A stretch of 64,000 nt of DNA from an uncultured Candidatus Poseidoniales archaeon (lineage in GTDB: Archaea; Thermoplasmatota; Poseidoniia; Poseidoniales; Thalassarchaeaceae): NCBI GenBank assembly GCA_964013425.1, contig CAXGWC010000005.1, positions 16,149 through 80,148 on the forward strand. The letters are read 5' to 3'. Below, piece after piece: positions 57,158 to 64,000 of the stretch. The notes below the pieces were generated by a model that had not been told where the DNA came from, did not search any database, and saw only the letters and a program-made list of their open reading frames with translations. Numbering within the stretch: position 1 is the stretch's first letter; each line of letters begins with the position of its first letter. A program made the translations under genes and the position numbers.

Positions 57158-59827
57158 TTATTCCTCTTCTTCTGCGATCAGGGATTCCTCATCTTCGTCC
57201 TTCATGACTAGTCCGCCATATGCAATCAATCCGATTCCAATTACGTAGAACATAGCCTGCACGACTGAAATCACCAGAAGGATTCCACCAACACTGCCAC
57301 CGAAGTTGGTCCACCCAAATGGTCCCATGTTATCGGTGACTTGCGCATTGAAGTCAGAAGCATCCTCATCAGCTATCTCGCTGTAGGTGTGAATCTCGAA
57401 CACTGGCATTGTATCTTCTCCGATGACAGGATTAGATGAACCAGTACCTCTCATATCTAGGTGGAAGGTCACTTTCACCTTACCGTACATAACTGCATTA
57501 GAGATTGGCTCGACTTTCATGTCTATGTCCGCACCAAGGTAAACAGGCAATGCCCCCGGGAGCGCATCCACCCAATTTCCAGCACCTAGGATTTTCCCTT
57601 GGATTTGTGTATTGGCTGGATTCAAGCTAACCCTGTGCTCTACCATGGGGATTCCTTTGAACTCAACGTCCTCGCCAACTTCGGAAGTTGCGATAGCGTA
57701 TCCCGCGACGTTCACTAAGAATGGATCACCAGGACTTGCCAGTGGAGCGGAGACTCCGCCAATGGTTCCCATCAGCGACGTGTCTGTATTTCCAGCGTGG
57801 TCAGAAAGCAGACCTAGTGAACCATCCTCTCTGTGAGGAGCCCTCCAAGTTAGATGCTCGGTCATTCCGTAAACTTGACCTTCTTCACAGGGAAGGTCGT
57901 ACCCTATGAACACACCACTTGAATCGTAGTCATAGTCGCACAGGCCATCTCCATCAGAGTTGATGTATCCCTGGGCAAGCCTCTGACCCTTGGTCTCTCC
58001 AGCAGTACTCATCTTGTAGACCGAGAAGTCGCCAGTGCCTATTCCATCTGAACCGTAGTAAGTCAGATTGGTCTCTAAGCTAACCCATGGGAAGAAACCG
58101 AAGGACGCGCTTGCAGCATCACTGAAGCCGAACAGCCAGTGGGTTATGGGCATCGAGTAATACTCGGTGTTACCACTCAGGAAGGTAATGAGGACGGGCA
58201 TTACAACTTCGAAAACGAAGTCCCCAACCCACGATCTCAGTGCACCCGCTGAGCTCTCATCGATGTCATACAGATTCGCGACATATGCATCATCCCAAAC
58301 AGACTGAACTCCATTCTCATCTGGAAGCGACATTCCAGCTAGCTCGCCATATACGAACTCTCTTGAGAAAGTAGTCTTTAGGCCGATGCTGTCATCATTA
58401 AGAATGAAGTCCGCCTTTTCGGCAGATAGTGAAGCCATTCCAACATAGTCCCCAATGTTTAGTCCGACCTCGATGTATGTCCCACCTAACGAGTCAAGCC
58501 CTCCAAAGGCACCCATCCACCATTCTGGAGCAGTAAGGGTCCCTTGGCCTCCCAGCAGAATATTCTCGAATTCCGTGGGTGAGCCTAATAGGCCCAAACC
58601 GACCCATGTCTCGGCATAGGTGGCGATATCGACTACGGTGAGTAGTCCGACATTGTAGGTCTCCATTGCAGTGAAGTAATCACCGCTCTGTAAAGGCAGC
58701 AGGAGGCCAACTACCATTCCGGGCAGGGTAACGCCAGAAAGTGTGAAGGTCCCGAGCAGTCCGTTGAAGTCATCGAAGAGAAGGAAGTCCAGTGTATCTG
58801 GATTGATTATATTGACACCGCTTACCTCTTGGAATCTCTCTCGCAACTGAGGAGTCTCGTTGTTGATCTCATCACCACCTCCTCTTGTCGCGAAGGCGTT
58901 AGCTGCTAGGGCATACACTCCTAGGTCGATCGCAGATAGTTCTGGCTCGGATCTATCGCCGTACCCATACAGTGCCGCTCTGGTCTGCGTCACCTGCCCT
59001 CCATCAGGGGCTCCCATTCCGGCAACCAGAACTGGACCGATGTCACAAGTTAGGGCTATACATACACCAGTGGAAGGGTCTATGGCATCGTACATTACGG
59101 ACTGTTCGAGATTCTGGAAGGATGTTGCCATTCCAGAGTCTCCTCCAGCTGCGAGGTATGCACCAGCTAGTACCATATCCCCAGTGGTAGTTTCCGTCAT
59201 CATCGAACTGATGTCCTCAGATGCCCAGATACTAGGTGCTCTGTTTGCGAGGTCGAACTCAATCATATTGGCTGCAAACATTCCTTGGGCGAAAATCTCT
59301 AGATATTCAATACCAGTATTCATTCCAGCCACTCTCTGGGTGTTCCAGAGAATGTTCACTTGATTTGTGAGGGTATCTCCCGAAACGGACGCGTGCTCCA
59401 CGCCTTCATCGTCCATCCAAGTGCAGTCCTCACACCATTCGTATATCTCATACCCAGAGTAAGTAATTGTATTCTCATCATAATCGAAGTCTAGAATCTC
59501 ACGCGTCGTATTCTCGTAGTAGATGAAAGGGCCTATCATCTCGTAAGTTGGATCAGCCCCATTTGCCTGAACATCATCAAGATTGGAGATAGAATTAGCG
59601 AAATAGGCCTTTTCACCAGAGACATTCAACCAATCTTCGTCGTAGTCATAGGTGTAATCCATGTTACCATCATCGTCCATTCCGTCCATCCCGTCGGAAA
59701 CAGCACTTTCAACAGTGCTCTCTATTTGACCGTCTACAAAACCAGTAACTATCAGTCCCAAATTAACAAGTAAGAGCAGAGCTCCTATTCCTATTGCCAT
59801 TGTCTTTTTGTCCGTCATTGTCGCCAC
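57158..59827 (-). CDS. CD36/SCARB scavenger-receptor-like protein (two terminal TM, large ectodomain)
   Basis: ISNLDDVQANGADPTYEMIGPFIYYE...DENTITY; THWLFGFSD; FKGIP; VEPISN; MPVF...EIADEDASDFNAQVT; TM at both termini. Confidence 0.7.
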   Translation of the reverse strand: MATMTDKKTMAIGIGALLLLVNLGLIVTGFVDGQIESTVESAVSDGMDGMDDDGNMDYTYDYDEDWLNVSGEKAYFANSISNLDDVQANGADPTYEMIGPFIYYENTTREILDFDYDENTITYSGYEIYEWCEDCTWMDDEGVEHASVSGDTLTNQVNILWNTQRVAGMNTGIEYLEIFAQGMFAANMIEFDLANRAPSIWASEDISSMMTETTTGDMVLAGAYLAAGGDSGMATSFQNLEQSVMYDAIDPSTGVCIALTCDIGPVLVAGMGAPDGGQVTQTRAALYGYGDRSEPELSAIDLGVYALAANAFATRGGGDEINNETPQLRERFQEVSGVNIINPDTLDFLLFDDFNGLLGTFTLSGVTLPGMVVGLLLPLQSGDYFTAMETYNVGLLTVVDIATYAETWVGLGLLGSPTEFENILLGGQGTLTAPEWWMGAFGGLDSLGGTYIEVGLNIGDYVGMASLSAEKADFILNDDSIGLKTTFSREFVYGELAGMSLPDENGVQSVWDDAYVANLYDIDESSAGALRSWVGDFVFEVVMPVLITFLSGNTEYYSMPITHWLFGFSDAASASFGFFPWVSLETNLTYYGSDGIGTGDFSVYKMSTAGETKGQRLAQGYINSDGDGLCDYDYDSSGVFIGYDLPCEEGQVYGMTEHLTWRAPHREDGSLGLLSDHAGNTDTSLMGTIGGVSAPLASPGDPFLVNVAGYAIATSEVGEDVEFKGIPMVEHRVSLNPANTQIQGKILGAGNWVDALPGALPVYLGADIDMKVEPISNAVMYGKVKVTFHLDMRGTGSSNPVIGEDTMPVFEIHTYSEIADEDASDFNAQVTDNMGPFGWTNFGGSVGGILLVISVVQAMFYVIGIGLIAYGGLVMKDEDEESLIAEEEE

Positions 59828-59911
59828 ACTCCCTTCCCGGGAGTCATGTATTGAACATAAGGGTTACAGTGGTCGAGATTTATTCTGAAGTCAAATTTTT
59901 GGGGGGTTTTA

Positions 59912-61573
59912 TCATATGAAACCAAAGCTGTCAAACGTCTGTGCGAATGTGTAGAGCATGATCGGAACTAGTATTATCCCCATAGCATGACTCCTCCTAA
60001 TTCCTATCCGGGGAGGCATCAGTCCAAGGCCTGTTCCCACAATCAGCACGCCGACTCCCACCCAACCAGTTGAAAGCCAGACCAATATACTAACGAACCC
60101 GGCTACAGAGAAAACAAGAGTCCTAAGTGGTACGATTTCATGCATTTTAAGCATCCCCTTTCCAACCTCAATCATTACAGGAACCGCGAACAGCCCAGCC
60201 GCAATAGTTATTCCAAGCAACCTAACGAAATCTGCCGGAGGCTCAACGGCGTTCCATCCGTCAATCGGGTACATCATGTTAAGGGCCAGAGCCGCACCAC
60301 TTCTTGGTCTGCCAACCATGTAGAGGAAACCCAGAACCATGACAGTGACGGCAGTATTGACTGAGGAAAGAACCGCAATCACCTCAAGATCCTGTTGTTG
60401 ACTCTGGGCACTGAGGTCCAGGTCAGGACTGGCTTCTGCGGCCTCTCCCAGTGCCGCTTCGAAGAGCTCTCTCTCCTCGAGGGAAAGACCATCCAAATCT
60501 CCTGAGATACTAGTAAAGGATTGCTTCGGTACGAATCCGGGCTGTATGCCGTGCTCGAAGTCCGCAGGGATGTAATTGGGATCCGTCAGCCTACCCCACA
60601 AATTTCTGGCACTCATGACTACTACAGTTGCCTGAGCGGCAGTCATACCAGGAAGAATCGCCATTACTGAAGATACCACTGCCGATAGGAACGTCGGCAC
60701 TGCCAAAGGTCTCATAGGAGGCATTTCCCAGTTCTGCTTCTGAGGGGGAATTTCGGAGGTCGTAACGTAGATATCTATCAGATTAGCTATTCCGAATAGC
60801 CCGGCCAAACCAGGAAACAACAGAGTCGCAGAAGGCATACCTACTGGGGATCTACCGGGTAGTTCGAATACTGCCCAACCGTAGAATCCACAGATTAGGA
60901 AGAATGCAGTAGCGACCAGAATCCCTGCCATTCTAGAACTGGAACCCATGCTCAAATCTATCTCATTCCAGTTTCTCTTGTACCTGAATTTGCCGATTGG
61001 AAAATCTAAATTAATCGGCCTTGGAAGTGGAATCTTGAAATTTCTAGTAGCTCTTTGCATCCACTCAGGCCATGCTAACCTCGTCGTTTCAGTCATAATG
61101 AGGAAAATAGAGATAATCAGTAGTAGCCAAGGGAGAATATCCCTGCTGGACTCGTACAGCCCCAGACCCGGATTCTCTCCGAATAGTAATCTGGCTACGA
61201 TTAGTAGTGGTATCGACATCAACATGCCCATCTGCGATCCTCTGGCCGAGTAGGCGACGCCCTGGGCGGCCTGGCCAGAAATCAACATCCGATGACCAGG
61301 TAATAGTGCCAGAGCCATGTTGTCATCAGGCGCACCGACCAGCGCGCTTGGGATGTAATTCAAGAAGGTGTGAACTGTTCCGCATGCCACAATTATGCCT
61401 GCAACCGCGTCAAGAGGAATTCCTATTCCAACTGCGACAGGGGAGAGACTCAGGGCGATCAACGCAACGTTATTGACATGAAATCCAGGGATAAGCCCTG
61501 TTAGACATCCGAGCCCCACGCCAAAAACGAACGAGGCTATCAACCATCCAAAGTCAACAAGAATTGGGTCCAA
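59912..61573 (-). CDS. Tripartite tricarboxylate transporter TctA-family (archaeal DUF112-type) permease
   Basis: GLIPGFHVN, HTFLNYIPS..GAPD, LLPGHRM..G, GLFG, ILPG, GRPRSG, IRRSHAMG. Confidence 0.85.
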   Translation of the reverse strand: MDPILVDFGWLIASFVFGVGLGCLTGLIPGFHVNNVALIALSLSPVAVGIGIPLDAVAGIIVACGTVHTFLNYIPSALVGAPDDNMALALLPGHRMLISGQAAQGVAYSARGSQMGMLMSIPLLIVARLLFGENPGLGLYESSRDILPWLLLIISIFLIMTETTRLAWPEWMQRATRNFKIPLPRPINLDFPIGKFRYKRNWNEIDLSMGSSSRMAGILVATAFFLICGFYGWAVFELPGRSPVGMPSATLLFPGLAGLFGIANLIDIYVTTSEIPPQKQNWEMPPMRPLAVPTFLSAVVSSVMAILPGMTAAQATVVVMSARNLWGRLTDPNYIPADFEHGIQPGFVPKQSFTSISGDLDGLSLEERELFEAALGEAAEASPDLDLSAQSQQQDLEVIAVLSSVNTAVTVMVLGFLYMVGRPRSGAALALNMMYPIDGWNAVEPPADFVRLLGITIAAGLFAVPVMIEVGKGMLKMHEIVPLRTLVFSVAGFVSILVWLSTGWVGVGVLIVGTGLGLMPPRIGIRRSHAMGIILVPIMLYTFAQTFDSFGFI

Positions 61574-61581
61574 ATGATCAC

Positions 61582-63174
61582 CTATCTCACATCTATGCAG
61601 AATCTAGCGGTGTTCTCCATTCCAAATTCTTCCATGCTCAACCTTCCGACCCAATCTACGGGCTCCCCGATGGAGAGTTGCTCAATAGACTCAGATCCAT
61701 CTCCCAGGAGACAAACTTTTTCTTCGGAACCGGATCTAGAAATCCAGTCAACCCCGTCTTCATCAGTCACAGCTTCGCCACTTAGTTGGACCATTTTGCC
61801 CAAGTCCCATCTCCAAGAATTGTAACCGTCCCCCCAATTGAGAACTACCGGGTCGGGAGAATCGCCAAGAGTCCACGATCTGGCCTCCAGAACCACTCTT
61901 CCATCGGTATCAGACCACAGAACCGTGGCATTGAACCTGATTGGCTGGTTTGCCTCGATGTATTCGGAGTGTTCGCCTACAAGCAGTAATCTCAACTTGG
62001 TCTGCCTCTCGTAGTAATCAGACCCATCTCCGACGTAACCCTTGTCGTAGTCTGGAGAGATGGGGTCAGTTACCCAACCTTCGAATGTGTAGTTACCGCC
62101 TACGTATGAGAACGGGTCCGAAGCAACGGCCGAGAGTTCTGTTGTGCTATCTCCGAATTCCCCTGTCTCTCTTTCCGACATGAGGTCATAGCCTCTATCA
62201 AGGCAGACTTCGGCTTCATCCGTTGCCCATGCCAATCTCCCAGCCCAGACTCCGGAGGTCCCACTTAGGTTGGACTGGTCTAAATCCTCTTGAGAGGGGA
62301 GGAAGCATATGCTGTCATTGGGGGATGGGCCCCTGAGTAGCCACTCCTCCCCTTCGTTCACAACCGTCCCTGTCGCGAAGACCATCTTCCCGATGTCGAA
62401 AGTGAGGGAATATGGATCCGCTTCCCAGTTAACATTCGATGGAACGCCTTGGCTCAGCACTTCAACCTCGCTTGCCTGAACCAGAAGCCTCCATCTGTAA
62501 GACCGTTCGTCAAACTGAAGCCATCCACTCACTCTTACATGGCTACCCGCTTCAACCCAATCAATCACCCTCCCCTCAATCTGGATGTAAAGAAGATGGT
62601 CCGCTCCTCCGTAGACATGGTTGTCCATCAAATATAGCGAGTGATATGTGACATCAGGAGCCAAAGCCTCACTGATCCAGCCATCAATCTGCAATGAGCT
62701 GTTAGAGAATGACTGAGGGTTCCTGCCGACCTCGACTAATTTTGTCTCAGAAAAATCCACAAAACCATCCTGAGCAATAATCGCCCCATAGCCGTTTGAC
62801 TGAAGCCAAATCCTTCCATTCCACTCCGATACTTCCCCTTCTACCGTCACAACAGTTCCGATTGGGGGAACCTCGTTATTCCGATCAACGTTCCATCTGA
62901 CCTTCGCAACAGAGTGACCGTCAATCTCTTGGACTTGGAGGTCAATCCTATCAGCTCCCTCTCCATATGGGTCTCTGACATACCCAGTCAGAATCCCCTC
63001 TATTTTCACAGTTTCACGTGGGAAGTTACGTATCTCGTCAATTTCAATCATATCCGGCTCTCTTATTACTGCATAGAAGTTCATTGCTGAAACAAGGAGA
63101 AGCGATGTGAAAAACATCACCCATAGCTTTGTCATGTATTGTGAGGGGGGGGCTCGACGCTTGATGGTTCCCAT
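61582..63174 (-). CDS. Membrane-anchored protein with multiple predicted OB folds
   Basis: N-terminal TM; VKIEG...GTVVTVEGEVSEWNGRI OB pattern; an internal two-domain unit occurs twice (GW..P / EA..R / NW..D.GKMV..G / W.GRL). Confidence 0.6.
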   Translation of the reverse strand: MGTIKRRAPPSQYMTKLWVMFFTSLLLVSAMNFYAVIREPDMIEIDEIRNFPRETVKIEGILTGYVRDPYGEGADRIDLQVQEIDGHSVAKVRWNVDRNNEVPPIGTVVTVEGEVSEWNGRIWLQSNGYGAIIAQDGFVDFSETKLVEVGRNPQSFSNSSLQIDGWISEALAPDVTYHSLYLMDNHVYGGADHLLYIQIEGRVIDWVEAGSHVRVSGWLQFDERSYRWRLLVQASEVEVLSQGVPSNVNWEADPYSLTFDIGKMVFATGTVVNEGEEWLLRGPSPNDSICFLPSQEDLDQSNLSGTSGVWAGRLAWATDEAEVCLDRGYDLMSERETGEFGDSTTELSAVASDPFSYVGGNYTFEGWVTDPISPDYDKGYVGDGSDYYERQTKLRLLLVGEHSEYIEANQPIRFNATVLWSDTDGRVVLEARSWTLGDSPDPVVLNWGDGYNSWRWDLGKMVQLSGEAVTDEDGVDWISRSGSEEKVCLLGDGSESIEQLSIGEPVDWVGRLSMEEFGMENTARFCIDVR

Positions 63175-63236
63175 TCACTAACTGGCAGGGTTTTCTTCGG
63201 CAAGGTTCTTGACTCCATGGCCAGCCACACGAGACG

Positions 63237-63313
63237 GGACCCGTAGCTCAGTTGGTTAGAGCGCTCGGCTCATAACCGAGTGGTCATCGGTTCAAATCCG
63301 GTCGGGTCCACCA
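63237..63313 (+). tRNA. tRNA with CAT anticodon, probably tRNA-Ile2 (agmatidine type)
   Basis: Acceptor GGACCCG/CGGGTCC, arm CTCGG-CTCATAA-CCGAG, ends ACCA; G1:C72, no initiator A1:U72 or 3GC stem; resembles archaeal Ile2 tRNAs. Confidence 0.85.
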
Positions 63314-63397
63314 CTCTACAACCAACCTTGAGATTTGGGCTTTTTTGTACGCGTTGGGGGCGAAGTCTCAAATACGGTCTTTACGGCCATCACTCTG

Positions 63398-64000
63398 ATG
63401 TCAAGCCGAAGCTCTGTGAGGACTAGCATGCTGATTCTCATGGTGTACTTCTTGAGTACGTGGGCTGGAGCCGCTGCTGTTCATGCTCAGACTAACCCAA
63501 CTCCGGATATTACTCTCACCTGTGATAACCCTCAACCCATCGAGGTTTACCCTGGTGCGACAAGAACTTCTATTGTTTACTGTACGTTACAGAATCCAAC
63601 CGTCCACAGCGAGAAGGTCGACCTCCAGATCCAATCAGGTGCTTTGATTTCCGCGGGCCCAGCTTCCATGTCTGTAGGTTCGGGAGCGGATGTGAGTTTC
63701 CAGGTTATCCTTAGGGCGGATTTGAGAATGCCTGAGGGGCAACACCAGATCTCCATCACTGCTCAAGTTGTCCAAGCAGATGGTATCACATGGCCTAACG
63801 GTGCGCCAACAACCTACAAGGTACTAGCAGTAATAAAGCAGTTCAGCAGACTGAGAGTTGCTTCTGATACTGCATTCATGCAACTTAGACCCAAAGTCGA
63901 TGTAATGATGTCTTTCGACGTGTACAATGACGGTAACGCCATGGATCGATTCAACGTAGAGGTCGTCAATTACGACGAGCTTAACGATGAGGGATTCCAA
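63398..64000 (+). CDS. Secreted Ig-like surface protein, possibly choice-of-anchor T type (5' part; runs off the window end)
   Basis: Not in the ORF track. MSSRSSVRTSMLILMVYFLSTWAGAAAVHAQ signal, then IEVYPGAT...CTLQNP...VYNDGNAMD; open to the end of the window. Confidence 0.7.
   Translation, partial: MSSRSSVRTSMLILMVYFLSTWAGAAAVHAQTNPTPDITLTCDNPQPIEVYPGATRTSIVYCTLQNPTVHSEKVDLQIQSGALISAGPASMSVGSGADVSFQVILRADLRMPEGQHQISITAQVVQADGITWPNGAPTTYKVLAVIKQFSRLRVASDTAFMQLRPKVDVMMSFDVYNDGNAMDRFNVEVVNYDELNDEGFQ

Noticed and set aside
57158-59827. Eukaryotic contamination as the source of the CD36-like gene
   Set aside because: Uninterrupted ORF, acidic composition like its neighbours, and tight packing between prokaryotic-type genes.
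63237-63313. Initiator tRNA-Met
   Set aside because: Lacks A1:U72 and the three consecutive G:C pairs in the anticodon stem.

Overview
Gene-dense, streamlined archaeal chromosome segment. Archaeal TyrRS, PheRS-alpha, PolD small subunit, TFB, Nob1 and SHMT, a PGF-CTERM surface protein, many acidic secreted proteins and several bacterial-type enzymes are most consistent with Marine Group II (Ca. Poseidoniales); this assignment is an inference. About 50 CDS and six intronless tRNAs (Val, Glu, Thr, Ala, Asn, CAT/Ile2), all with encoded CCA. No CRISPR array, rRNA, transposase or integrase was seen. Most interesting: (1) an 889-aa two-TM protein with CD36/SCARB scavenger-receptor motifs, inside a six-gene same-strand run (multi-OB surface protein, TctA-like permease, CD36-like, lamin-tail/PLD enzyme, thymidine phosphorylase, DUF1624-like) that may be a scavenging locus; (2) a duplicated cell-surface copper module (two SCO chaperones with domains inserted in the same loop, two His-rich LVIVD-type propellers, two secreted proteins starting with His, and a YHYH/serine-hydrolase fusion); (3) a glycine-cleavage H-protein paralogue lacking the lipoyl lysine; (4) an orphan C5 methyltransferase whose stop codon lies inside tRNA-Ala. 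All family calls come from motifs read by eye and recalled family sequences, not from database searches.
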